Shown here: piece by piece, positions 21,212-30,256 of the stretch
How positions within the stretch are numbered: the first letter of the stretch is position 1
Layout of the letters: every line of letters starts with the position of its first letter
Assembly (NCBI GenBank): GCA_944325515.1
Contig: CALVAO010000002.1
Location: forward strand, 149,091 to 213,090
Source: Candidatus Gastranaerophilales bacterium
GTDB lineage: Bacteria; Cyanobacteriota; Vampirovibrionia; Gastranaerophilales; Gastranaerophilaceae
DNA: 64,000 nucleotides
Direction of reading: 5' to 3'
The notes under the pieces: generated by a model
What the model was told of the DNA's origin: nothing
Database searches by the model: none
Seen by the model: the letters and a program-made list of their open reading frames with translations, nothing else
Position numbers and translations under genes: made by a program

Positions 21212-21750
21212 AGAAACAAGCAAAAAAATTATCTGAAATTTATATAACTCCAATGTCCAGAGATGATATTGAAGGTGTTGTCGAAATAGAAAAAGATGCA
21301 TACGGCAGGCATCACTGGGCAAAATCATCTTTTTACGACGAAATGTCCAATAATCTGGCAAAATATTATACTGCCAAAACTGCTGATGGAGAACTTGTCG
21401 GTTATGCCGGCACATGGCATATTATAGATGAAGGACATATTACTACAATCGCAGTCAAAAAAGACTATTTAAGAAACCACGTGGGCGAATCAATAATTCA
21501 AAAAATCATAGAAGACTGCTATAAAGACGGGGTGAAATATTTAACCCTTGAAGTAAGAACATCTAACACACCGGCAATAAAACTCTATGAAAAATACGGA
21601 TTCCAGTCCCTGGGAACGAGAAAGGGATATTATCAAGATAATAACGAGGACGCTCTCATTATGTGGACTGAAAATATTTTCTATGATAAATTTAAACAAA
21701 TATACCAGAAAAATCTTGAAAAACTAAAAACATTAATCAAAATAAAATGA
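21190..21750 (+). CDS. rimI: ribosomal-protein-alanine N-acetyltransferase
   Basis: GNAT fold with the RimI-like N-terminal segment (M..DDI..V.EIE...Y...W) and an R..GVG-equivalent region. The start is ambiguous (21190 or 21202). Confidence 0.7.
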   Translation: MGKYMSIEKQAKKLSEIYITPMSRDDIEGVVEIEKDAYGRHHWAKSSFYDEMSNNLAKYYTAKTADGELVGYAGTWHIIDEGHITTIAVKKDYLRNHVGESIIQKIIEDCYKDGVKYLTLEVRTSNTPAIKLYEKYGFQSLGTRKGYYQDNNEDALIMWTENIFYDKFKQIYQKNLEKLKTLIKIK

Positions 21751-22424
21751 GTAAAAGAGTTGCAAAACAAATAAACAGTTTTAAATACAAAGGTGAGCCG
21801 ATAAAAATTACACTCGGGACTCTTATTTTGACAGCTCTTTGCATTTTATTGATTATAATGGCAACATTTACACAGGTAACAATAAAACATCCGTATCTCC
21901 CGCTTGATACATTTACTTTTCTCTCTCAAGATGTTACAGAATATGAAATACTGCATCATTTTATAAAGAGTTATAAATATATTCCGCAAATTCCTGTAGT
22001 ATTCTTCATCGTAGCACTTATGGGGCGTAAATTCGGAATACTCACAATACTTGGCTATATTGCTCTAGGTTTGTTTTTCCCTGTCTTTGCACTCGGAGGC
22101 GGCATCAGATATCTTTTTGAATATGGTTTTGGCTATATTCTGGCATTTGTACCTGCAATATTTTTTGCAGGCACACTGCTTAAAGGAAAAACCGATTTTC
22201 TAAGAATATGCCTTATTTCAATCATTGGCACCGCAACAATACATGTTCTCGGAATTCTCTATATGCTGTTTATTGCGACATTAAGGCACGCCCCGATGGA
22301 TTTAGTAACAAGCTGGATATTCTCCCAGAGCGGAATACAAGTTTTGTACGATATTTTCTTTACGATTCTTGGAATATATCTCGGACGGCAGACCAGAAAA
22401 TTATTATGGATAGTTATGTGCTAG
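21747..22424 (+). CDS. bioY: biotin transporter S-component
   Basis: Polytopic 225-aa protein. The segment MGRKFGILTILGYIALGLFFPVFALGGGIRYLF..GFGYILAFVPA matches the BioY signature region. Confidence 0.65.
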   Translation: MSKRVAKQINSFKYKGEPIKITLGTLILTALCILLIIMATFTQVTIKHPYLPLDTFTFLSQDVTEYEILHHFIKSYKYIPQIPVVFFIVALMGRKFGILTILGYIALGLFFPVFALGGGIRYLFEYGFGYILAFVPAIFFAGTLLKGKTDFLRICLISIIGTATIHVLGILYMLFIATLRHAPMDLVTSWIFSQSGIQVLYDIFFTILGIYLGRQTRKLLWIVMC

Positions 22425-22453
22425 ACAGGTACTCTAAAATACCGCAAAACCGG

Positions 22454-22482
22454 TTGAAAAATTAAAATTAATGTCTTATACT
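22454..22482 (+). promoter_or_regulatory. sigma70-type promoter for ssrA
   Basis: TTGAAA (22454..22459), 17-nt spacer, TATACT (22477..22482). It lies about 85 nt upstream of the mature tmRNA 5' end. Confidence 0.45.
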
Positions 22483-22567
22483 GTATTTACGCACCTTGAA
22501 AGCAGACAAGAAATTACCGGCACAGTAAAAGTTTAGTTAAGCTTTTATAGCTTTACCTATACGATAT

Positions 22568-22956
22568 GGGGATGTACCGGTTTTGACGTTGTGATTGGTA
22601 GATCCGGATTGCGAGTACGGGCGCTGTTCCCGTTTATCAACGAGCAAAATAAATTAAATGACAACAAAGTTGTTTCATTAGATGCTTTCAGAGCTCAAAA
22701 GCTTGCTGCTTAATAGCGGCGCATCCCTCTAACTTGACCAGCTTGCCGTTAAGTTAGATGAAAACATGCAAGATGCAGTGCACAGATAATGGTGTGTGCA
22801 TCAAGACTTACCATTGAAGGTTAGGTTTCCGCAAAAAACCTCTGGGCTAAATTAGGTTCCGTAACTTTCCTTGTTAACCCGAGATAATAAGTTACTACAC
22901 TCGTAGATGTCAGTTTTTATCCGCAATGGACGCGGGTTCGACTCCCGCCATCTCCA
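22568..22956 (+). ncRNA. ssrA: tmRNA (transfer-messenger RNA)
   Basis: 5' GGGGATG pairs with 3' CATCTCC, including the G3:U70 Ala identity pair. T-arm GGGTTCGACTCCC and discriminator A are present; CCA is not encoded. The internal tag frame ends ...DAFRAQKLAA followed by TAA TAG. Confidence 0.9.
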
Positions 22957-23221
22957 GTTTATGACTTTTTCTTAAATTTAATAAAGCAGAAAACGCGGAA
23001 TACGGTGTTATTATTAGGTTTTCACCGTCGAATAAAAGTTCGATTGTTAATAATTTCATCAGTTCCGCTTTTTCTTTGGGTGTCTGGCGCAAATACAATG
23101 AATGCGCGTCTTTTGACAGTTCGATAACAAGATTTGCGTCATCAATTAAATTTCGATTTGATGTTGCAGTTTTTTCAAACTTAAAACAAAGAAAGTAGAT
23201 AATGTCAACAAATTTTGAATT
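22957..23221 (-). pseudogene. start-less ORF remnant abutting the tmRNA 3' end
   Basis: The minus-strand frame is open from 23221 into ssrA (..NLIDDANLVIELSKDAHSLYLRQTPKEKAELMKLLTIELLFDGENLIITPYSAFSALLNLRK..). It has no ATG or GTG; only a TTG at 23098. Confidence 0.3.
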
Positions 23222-23306
23222 TTATCTCCGCAGTATGTAAAGATGTGCCAATCAAGATTTTGATAGATATATTGCATTGTTTTCTACTATGTTTGCAAGA
23301 TAATAA

Positions 23307-23341
23307 ATAGAGCAGTAAATTGTACTGCTCTATCTTATTTT
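23307..23341 (+). terminator. orphan intrinsic terminator-like hairpin
   Basis: atagagcagta-aattg-tactgctctat (11-bp stem) followed by cttattttt. No intact gene ends just upstream of it. Confidence 0.4.
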
Positions 23342-23419
23342 TAAATTAATTCTGGAATATTTGAGGTTTTACAGCGATTATGCTAAGCTTAAAAAGGGAA
23401 CTATTCTGAAAAACTTTAA

Positions 23420-25375
23420 ATGCTTGATAGAATTAATTTTGGGGAGCTTAAATTACAGATGGCAAAAAATCCGGAAATCTCAATAATTATACCGGTATAT
23501 AATGTGGAAAAATATTTGCAGAAATGTATTGAAAGCATTTTGAAACAGACATTCCAGGATTTTGAAATTATATGCATTGACGATGGCTCAACGGATAAAT
23601 CTCTTGAAATTTTGGAGCAATATACACAGACGGATAAACGATTTGTTGTAATTCACCAAAAACATCAAGGCGCAGGAGATACAAGAAACAGAGGGATTCA
23701 AGAAGCTAAAGGTAAATACATACAGTTTCTTGATGCTGATGATTATTTTGACCCGTTGATGCTTGAAGAATTATATAATCACGCTGAGAAATTCAACGCA
23801 GATTTAGTTGTGTGTTCTGCAAGAAAAGTTGATGAAAACGGAAAGATTATTGAAAGCGGCAACCCTTTGTGGCCGATAAATTTGGATAAAGTTCCCCTTG
23901 AAAAACCCTTTTCAAGAAAAGATTTTCCAAACGATATTTTCAGCCTGTTTTGTGTAGTTCCGTGGAATAAACTTTATCTTAAAAGATTAATAACGGAAAA
24001 TAATATAAAGTTTCAAAATATATCATCAAGCAACGATGTTGCTTTCGGACATATTGTTCAAGCATGCGCAGAAAGAATAATTGTTTTTAATCAAGAATTA
24101 ATAAATTACAGATATAACAGAGCCGGAAGTATTCAGAAATCACGGGCAGGTGAAACAATCAACATAATTAAAGCCGGCTTGTGTCTGGAACAATATTTGA
24201 TTCATCATAATCTATATGATGAACTCGGGCAGAGCTGTAAAGAAATTCTTAAAAATCATATTAGAGCCGGAATTTCTTTATGTAATAATGAAGAATATAC
24301 GAAGTTTGTAGGAGAGGTTAAGAAAATGTTTCCAGAAGATTGGCAAAAGTATTCTTCCGAATTAAAAAAAGATATAACTCCGGAATTTTTAAACAAGTTT
24401 ATCGGTGAAAAGAAAGTTGTATTATGGGGCGCGAGTTTATTTCTCCGCAGCCTGCTAAAAGATGAAAAAGAAAGAAATCCCAATATTCTTGGAATTATTG
24501 ACCGAAATACCGCACTACAGGGAACAAGCCTTGGAAATTATGAGATTTATGCACCGGAAGCGCTGGAAGAATTAAAACCGGATGCTGTAATTTCGACTAT
24601 TTATAATGATAATGAGGCTGCATATTACAGTTTACAAGAGTATTTATCACAGAACTTTCCGAATATAGTTTTGCTGGACAATATTTTTATAAATCCGGCA
24701 ATTCCACGGAACTATTGCCCGTATTGTGATAATACCGCTGTTTTTAATGCAATGGGCTCCAGAGAACACGCACGCTGCCCGATTTGTAACAGTGTAGAAA
24801 GACATAGATTTTTGTATTTTGTTTACCAGATAATGATTACAAAATCTAAAATAAAACAAAAAGTTTTACATACCGCACCGGAAAAATCAATAAACAAATA
24901 TTTTAAAGACAGAACGGATATTGATTATAATTGCATAGACTTAAATCCTCGCTACAAATATGCTCCGGAATGTCAAAAAATGGATATTTTAAATCTGCAA
25001 TATCCGGATAATGTTTTTGATTATATAATAAGCAATCATGTTCTTGAGCATATTGAAGATGAAAAGCGTTTCTTTTCAGAATTGCTGAGAGTTTTGAAAC
25101 CAACCGGAAAAATTATTCTTTCCGTACCTTATTTTATAGATACAGAGGTTACTTTTGAGGATAGTTCTATAACGACACCGGAAAAGAGAAAAAAGTTTTA
25201 CGGACAAAGTGACCACGTAAGAAAATACGGTCGTGATATCTTTGCAAGACTTGCGAAATATGGCAAAGTTACACGTATTGACAGAGATTTTATGCCCAAA
25301 CATCTGGTTGATGAAATGGCATTGAGTTATTGTTCAAATGTATCTGATGCAGTAATTATTATGGAAAAGGAATAA
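23420..25375 (+). CDS. multidomain glycosyltransferase family 2 / Rossmann-like linker / Zn-ribbon class I SAM methyltransferase
   Basis: GT2 signature ISIIIPVYNVEKYL...ICIDDGSTD...FLDADDY. Middle module VVLWGASLF..GIIDRN. Zn ribbon CPYCDN...CPICNSVERHR followed by a Methyltransf_11-like segment (FDYIISNHVLEHIEDE..LRVLKPTGKIIL). Confidence 0.75.
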   Translation: MLDRINFGELKLQMAKNPEISIIIPVYNVEKYLQKCIESILKQTFQDFEIICIDDGSTDKSLEILEQYTQTDKRFVVIHQKHQGAGDTRNRGIQEAKGKYIQFLDADDYFDPLMLEELYNHAEKFNADLVVCSARKVDENGKIIESGNPLWPINLDKVPLEKPFSRKDFPNDIFSLFCVVPWNKLYLKRLITENNIKFQNISSSNDVAFGHIVQACAERIIVFNQELINYRYNRAGSIQKSRAGETINIIKAGLCLEQYLIHHNLYDELGQSCKEILKNHIRAGISLCNNEEYTKFVGEVKKMFPEDWQKYSSELKKDITPEFLNKFIGEKKVVLWGASLFLRSLLKDEKERNPNILGIIDRNTALQGTSLGNYEIYAPEALEELKPDAVISTIYNDNEAAYYSLQEYLSQNFPNIVLLDNIFINPAIPRNYCPYCDNTAVFNAMGSREHARCPICNSVERHRFLYFVYQIMITKSKIKQKVLHTAPEKSINKYFKDRTDIDYNCIDLNPRYKYAPECQKMDILNLQYPDNVFDYIISNHVLEHIEDEKRFFSELLRVLKPTGKIILSVPYFIDTEVTFEDSSITTPEKRKKFYGQSDHVRKYGRDIFARLAKYGKVTRIDRDFMPKHLVDEMALSYCSNVSDAVIIMEKE

Positions 25376-25376
25376 G

Positions 25377-26432
25377 ATGAAATTAAATGCTAAAATTCTT
25401 GATTTATTAGAAAGAACTAAAGGCAGAGAAGTTATTTTCTGGGGTGCAAGCCGCTTTCTGGAAGAATTTATAAATAAAAATGATTTGCATAAATATAACA
25501 TTATAGGAATTATAGATAAAAATAGAGCGCGGCAGGGAGAAACACTCGGCAGCTATAAGATTAAAGCACCGGAGATTCTTGATGAACATACTTCTGCATA
25601 TATTATATTTTCTATACTAAATAACAATGCTTATATTTACACACCTTTAAAAGATTTTTTAAGATATAAATATCCGCAGGTTGAACTTGCAGAAAACATT
25701 TTTGAAAACAATAATGAGCAAGAAGATGTTATAAAACTGTTAAGACAATATAAAGCAGCGGCAACTAATCAATATACAGAGTTATTAAATGCACAAATAT
25801 TTAATAATCTTGTTGCGGATTCGACGTGGATTGAAAAGAATGATTTTATTCCGCTAAAAAGTGCTGCAACGTATTCTTTTTTGCTGATATTATTCCTAAT
25901 TCTGGATAAAATCCGACCTATGAACATTTTAGAATTTGGCATGGGGCAAACAAGTAAACTTACCGGAGCTTATGCCGCAAACCTAAATAAAAACTCCAGA
26001 CTTCAAATAGTTGAACAAAATAAAGAGTGGATGGAAGTTTTTACTTCACAAATACCGGCAGCCGGCAATATCAGCATTCATCATAAAAATGTAATAGAGA
26101 TAATAATAAACTATTCTTTTAATCATAAATATGAAGATTTAAGCGATATTACAGGCAGAACAAAATATGATTTAATTATAATAGATGGACCTGTTGCAGG
26201 GAAAGATATGTATCCCAGAACCAGTATCCTTGATTTAATACCGGATAATCTGGCAGAGGATTTTATCATTATTCTTGATGATGCAGAACGTTTTGGAGAA
26301 ACAAATACAGCACAGTTAATATTGAATAGACTTGAAGAGAATAATATAAAATATATAAGCTGGAAAAGAATTGCATCAAAAACCCAGCAATTAATAACAT
26401 CACCTAAATACAAGTTCTTAAAGTTTTATTAA
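25377..26432 (+). CDS. two-domain protein: Rossmann-like module (paralogous to residues ~335-430 of the upstream gene) plus putative class I methyltransferase fold
   Basis: N-terminal VIFWGASRFLEEF..IIGIIDKNRARQGETLGSYKIKAPEIL aligns with the upstream protein. The C-terminal part has ILEFGMGQTS and DLIIIDGP, which look like SAM-MTase motifs I and post-II. Confidence 0.5.
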   Translation: MKLNAKILDLLERTKGREVIFWGASRFLEEFINKNDLHKYNIIGIIDKNRARQGETLGSYKIKAPEILDEHTSAYIIFSILNNNAYIYTPLKDFLRYKYPQVELAENIFENNNEQEDVIKLLRQYKAAATNQYTELLNAQIFNNLVADSTWIEKNDFIPLKSAATYSFLLILFLILDKIRPMNILEFGMGQTSKLTGAYAANLNKNSRLQIVEQNKEWMEVFTSQIPAAGNISIHHKNVIEIIINYSFNHKYEDLSDITGRTKYDLIIIDGPVAGKDMYPRTSILDLIPDNLAEDFIIILDDAERFGETNTAQLILNRLEENNIKYISWKRIASKTQQLITSPKYKFLKFY

Positions 26433-26464
26433 CTCTAAAACTTGCATCTTGAACAGTCAGTAGT

Positions 26465-26646
26465 GTGCAATTCATTGCACCATTATTGGATTTAAAAATT
26501 GCCCGCGGATATTTGTTTATAAAAAATATTGGTGCAAAAATTTGCACCCTACCCATGTATCGGTTTTATTCATATTCTAATTGATTAGTATTATATACTT
26601 ATCATCAAAATTGCGACAATTTATAGGTGGCGCACACTTGCGCACC
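26465..26646. repeat. three short GTGCR-loop-YGCAC hairpins in the 5' flank of the helicase-nuclease gene
   Basis: gtgcaattcattgcac (26465..26480), ggtgcaaaaatttgcacc (26531..26548) and ggtggcgcacacttgcgcacc (26626..26646). Confidence 0.5.
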
Positions 26647-26830
26647 GATACAACTGTCATGTTGAATAGTCAGAAGGGGGTTAAGTTCCAATAAACTTTT
26701 TTTATCCAACAGTTGTGTCTATATTATATATTAGGATGGATTGGACAGTTTCATCCAACACGTCTTAATATATATCATAAAACATTTATTACTTTTGTCA
26801 TTTTGCATGGTATTCATTATTTTCAAAATA

Positions 26831-26839
26831 TGGTATAAT
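26831..26839 (+). promoter_or_regulatory. extended -10 promoter element (TGGTATAAT)
   Basis: tggtataat lies about 40 nt upstream of the RBS-preceded ATG at 26881. Confidence 0.45.
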
Positions 26840-26880
26840 TGCTCTAAAGCATTGTATTTAGTTACATGTCCCGAGGAGAA

Positions 26881-29800
26881 AAAATGTTACAAGAAGCGAC
26901 AAGAGCAATAAATTCGGCATTCAACAATAGTTTTATAAAAAAACTGAGTCAGTATCTTCACGATTGTGTAAGAGAAGAGGTTAAAAGTTCGACCTTCAGA
27001 AACCTTAAGGCTGATAAAGATAATAAATGGATATTTTTACAGGAAAATGACAGCTTGTTTACACAGGGGCTGGAATATATCCGCCTTGAAGGTTCTGACC
27101 CGAAGTTAACAGAGCTTATGATACAGTCTGAAACCAGTCAGAAGGATAAGTACTTAATATACGGTTATATCTTTATTACAGGAAAATCCAAATCGGGCAA
27201 GAAAAACGAGTTCTTAACTCCGCTTCTTTACGCTCCCTGCAGGCTTGAAAGAAACGGGGTGAATATAAACTGCATGCTCACCGATGAGTTTCTTTCTCTG
27301 AATACAGGTGCTCTAACGGCTCTAATGAAAAAGAGTGATGATGAAGATGAAACAGAACAGCTTCTTGAAGGGCTTCTGGATGTTGTTCCTTCTGTTCCTA
27401 TTAATCAGGAGAAGCTTGATATATTTTTAACAACACTGAAATCAATTATTCCGGATATTGACGTGTCACTCAATCCCGCAATGAAAATTGAAGAGGATAA
27501 TATCTCAAAAGATTTTTATTCGGAAAAAATTAACGCAGAAAATATTGACGAAATTATTGAGGAAGAAGAAAACGCTAAGAAAACGCAGATTAAGCTTGAT
27601 AAAATAAGCCTTACAAACCAGTGCGCAATAATTTTAACCAAGCGCCCCGCAGTTACGGCAGGCGTTCTGCACGAGCTTACGCAAATCGCTGAAAAGCCGA
27701 GCGGATTGTACAGAGAAACCGTATTAAACTTGATAAACGAAGAATACACACAGTCAAAGCCGACTGACAGCCAGCAAAAAACACTTGCGGACTTTTTCCC
27801 CGTAACTCCTCTGTCGCTTTCGGACGCCCAGTTAAACGTCATTAAGCATGTAGAAAACGCCCGCCTTGTATCGGTTTTCGGTCCTCCAGGAACCGGTAAA
27901 TCACAGACAATTGTTAACCTCGTTGCTCATCTTATTGCAAACGGGAAAACTGTTCTTGTCGCATCCCGCATGGATAAAGCAGTTGATGTTGTTGCAGAAA
28001 GGCTCAATTCTTTAGGGGCGCCGTTTTTAGCCCTAAGGGCAGGAAGGCTGAATTATCAAAAAGAATTGAGTATGCAGCTTCAAGATCTGCTTGCTGGCAA
28101 AGTCGATTTGGATGAAGGAGCTGAAAATTCTATTCTTTGCGATGTTTCGGATATGGAAAACCTTTTGAAGGCGATTAATGATTTAGAGAAAAAATCCGAA
28201 AAAATAATCAAACTTGAAGGCGAATGGACAGGCGTAAAAGGGCAGATTGACTTAGAAAAGCCGATGCATTCCAACCCGAAATTTATTAAAAATATTCTGA
28301 AAGAAGATGAGATTACAACCGTTGAGAATTCAATCAAGGCTTTATCAGAAAACCTTGAAAAATCCGGCTTCTGGACAGGAATAAAAAACATGTCCGCAAT
28401 CGGGAATTTGAAAAAGATTTTGAAGATTAATAATTTTGATGTGAACAATGAAAACCTTGCGCTTCTCCAGAACGAACTTGAGTTTGCAAAACTGGTTTGC
28501 AAAGCCCGCATGATTGAAACAGAAATTCAAACAACCGGAAATATTCATATTTTATCCGAACAAATCAGAAATATGAAACAGAAGCAGAAACGTCTTGCGA
28601 TTGATATTCTAAAAACAAAGCGCAGACAGGCTCTAAAAGGCTTAATGCAAGACCCTGTAAAACGCCAGCGGCTCTTTGTGCATTCAAAATCACTGGTTGA
28701 GAGGAAGAAAAACCTCCAGAATAGGCTTCTTGAAACCGAGGATTTTAAACCGCTTCTTGAGGCGTTTCCCTGCTGGTGCGTTACAACTTACGCCGTATCC
28801 GGCTCTTTGCCGATGAAACCGGGGTTATTTGATGTCGTAATCATCGATGAAGCTTCTCAATGCGATATTGCAAGCTCTTTCCCGATATTATTCAGAGCTA
28901 AAAAAGCTGTCGTAGTGGGTGATGATAAGCAATTACCGCATCTTTCTTTCTTAGAAAAAGCCAAAGAACAATCGTTTATGTCACAATACGGAATTAATGA
29001 CAGGTATCAGTTAATGTGGCGTTTCAGAACAAACTCAATGTTTGATTTAGCGAATTATTATTCAATGCACCCCGTTCTTTTAGATGAACACTTTAGAAGT
29101 CTGCCTCCGATAATTAATTTCTCAAATAAAGAATTTTACGGCGGAAGAATTAAGGTTATGAGAAGGAACGATAATACGAAAAAAGTTCTTGAAACCGTAG
29201 TTGTACCGGATGGCAAAGTCGATTTTGACGCAACAAGAAATTTACCGGAGATTGAAGCTTTAGTAAAAAGATTATACGAAATCGTCGTTGAAGATGAAAG
29301 AAAAAATCCGGAGAATCCCGTGAGTATCGGTATAATTTCGCCGTTCAGAGCGCAGGTTGAGCAGTTAAAAATCTCTGTTGCGAAGGTGCTGTCTGAACAC
29401 ATGATGGAAAAACACCAGATAGAAATCGGTACAGCGCATACTTTCCAGGGGGATGAAAGAGATATAATCCTTACTTCCTGGGCTTATGCAAACAACAGTT
29501 TTCCGCAGAGCCTTATATTCCTGCAAAAGCCGAATTTGTTTAATGTCGCAATCACAAGAGCGCGTTATCAAGTGATTAATTTTATCTCCAAAAATCCGAG
29601 AGAACTTCCGGAAGGGCTTTTGAGAAGCTATTTAGGTTATGTAGAAGAATATGAAAACAGGTATGCTTTAGTTAATTCAGACGATTTTGACGAAAATATT
29701 TATAAAAACGCATTTGAAAAAGAGGTTGCAGCTGCCTTTAGAGAAATCGGGCATAAAGTAACCTGCGGTGTCGAAATTGCAGGCTTGAGCGTTGATTTGC

Positions 29801-29991
29801 TTGTAGATAACAAGTTTGTAATCGAAATTGACGGGGTCGAAGATAAAACTCCATCAAAAGTTTCAAACATGAAAAAACAGGCAATAATTGAGCGTTCGGG
29901 CTTAAAGGTCGCAAGGATTTCAAAACGCGAATGGCAGTATTCACCAAAAGCATGTATTGATAGGGTAGTTAATTGTTTTGGTGACCTGTGA
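26881..29991 (+). CDS. DUF4011-like N-terminus / Upf1-Dna2-like SF1 helicase (AAA_11/AAA_12) / C-terminal Vsr-DUF559-like PD-(D/E)xK nuclease; Hhe-like single-gene defence candidate
   Basis: gaggag RBS before the ATG at 26881 (track ORF starts at 26866). Walker A GPPGTGKSQT, Walker B VIIDEASQ, VVVGDDKQLP, LDEHFRS, GTAHTFQGDERDII and NVAITRAR. C-terminal FEKEV..A....G..V...V.IAGLSVDLLV....VIEIDG......KKQAIIERSGLKVARISKREW. Confidence 0.75.
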   Translation, partial: KMLQEATRAINSAFNNSFIKKLSQYLHDCVREEVKSSTFRNLKADKDNKWIFLQENDSLFTQGLEYIRLEGSDPKLTELMIQSETSQKDKYLIYGYIFITGKSKSGKKNEFLTPLLYAPCRLERNGVNINCMLTDEFLSLNTGALTALMKKSDDEDETEQLLEGLLDVVPSVPINQEKLDIFLTTLKSIIPDIDVSLNPAMKIEEDNISKDFYSEKINAENIDEIIEEEENAKKTQIKLDKISLTNQCAIILTKRPAVTAGVLHELTQIAEKPSGLYRETVLNLINEEYTQSKPTDSQQKTLADFFPVTPLSLSDAQLNVIKHVENARLVSVFGPPGTGKSQTIVNLVAHLIANGKTVLVASRMDKAVDVVAERLNSLGAPFLALRAGRLNYQKELSMQLQDLLAGKVDLDEGAENSILCDVSDMENLLKAINDLEKKSEKIIKLEGEWTGVKGQIDLEKPMHSNPKFIKNILKEDEITTVENSIKALSENLEKSGFWTGIKNMSAIGNLKKILKINNFDVNNENLALLQNELEFAKLVCKARMIETEIQTTGNIHILSEQIRNMKQKQKRLAIDILKTKRRQALKGLMQDPVKRQRLFVHSKSLVERKKNLQNRLLETEDFKPLLEAFPCWCVTTYAVSGSLPMKPGLFDVVIIDEASQCDIASSFPILFRAKKAVVVGDDKQLPHLSFLEKAKEQSFMSQYGINDRYQLMWRFRTNSMFDLANYYSMHPVLLDEHFRSLPPIINFSNKEFYGGRIKVMRRNDNTKKVLETVVVPDGKVDFDATRNLPEIEALVKRLYEIVVEDERKNPENPVSIGIISPFRAQVEQLKISVAKVLSEHMMEKHQIEIGTAHTFQGDERDIILTSWAYANNSFPQSLIFLQKPNLFNVAITRARYQVINFISKNPRELPEGLLRSYLGYVEEYENRYALVNSDDFDENIYKNAFEKEVAAAFREIGHKVTCGVEIAGLSVDLLVDNKFVIEIDGVEDKTPSKVSNMKKQAIIERSGLKVARISKREWQYSPKACIDRVVNCFGDL

Positions 29992-30040
29992 ATAGTGACT
30001 AAGTAGTGAATAAGCTAATAAGTAAACAAAGGGCACACAG

Positions 30041-30068
30041 AATCCGCTCCCTAAATGGGGAGCGGATT
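30041..30068. repeat. GC-rich hairpin 50 nt after the helicase-nuclease stop
   Basis: aatccgctccc-taaatg-gggagcggatt. The 3' arm plus 3 nt (gggagcggatttgc, 30058..30071) is identical to 55057..55070. Confidence 0.7.
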
Positions 30069-30081
30069 TGCTTCACACTCA

Positions 30082-30117
30082 CAATAGTATGGTAGACTTT
30101 AGTCTACCATACTATTG
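30082..30117. repeat. perfect 36-bp palindrome (17-bp arms, 2-nt centre)
   Basis: caatagtatggtagact tt agtctaccatactattg, read directly from the sequence. Confidence 0.8.
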
Positions 30118-30256
30118 CTAGTATCCGAATAAACACGGCAAAGCTCCTCGCACCTTGTGCACTACTGTCCAAGATAATTTTGTATAAAAATTTGAAAAAA
30201 GAGTGAATATATGTATCGTGCCCAAAGGGAATATAGAAAAGACAATAAACAAAAAT

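Noticed and set aside
22910-23098. 62-aa ORF overlapping the 3' end of ssrA
   Set aside because: Its C-terminal third is the reverse complement of the tmRNA T-arm and acceptor stem, and it starts with TTG. It is kept only as a possible gene remnant (22957..23221), not as a live CDS.
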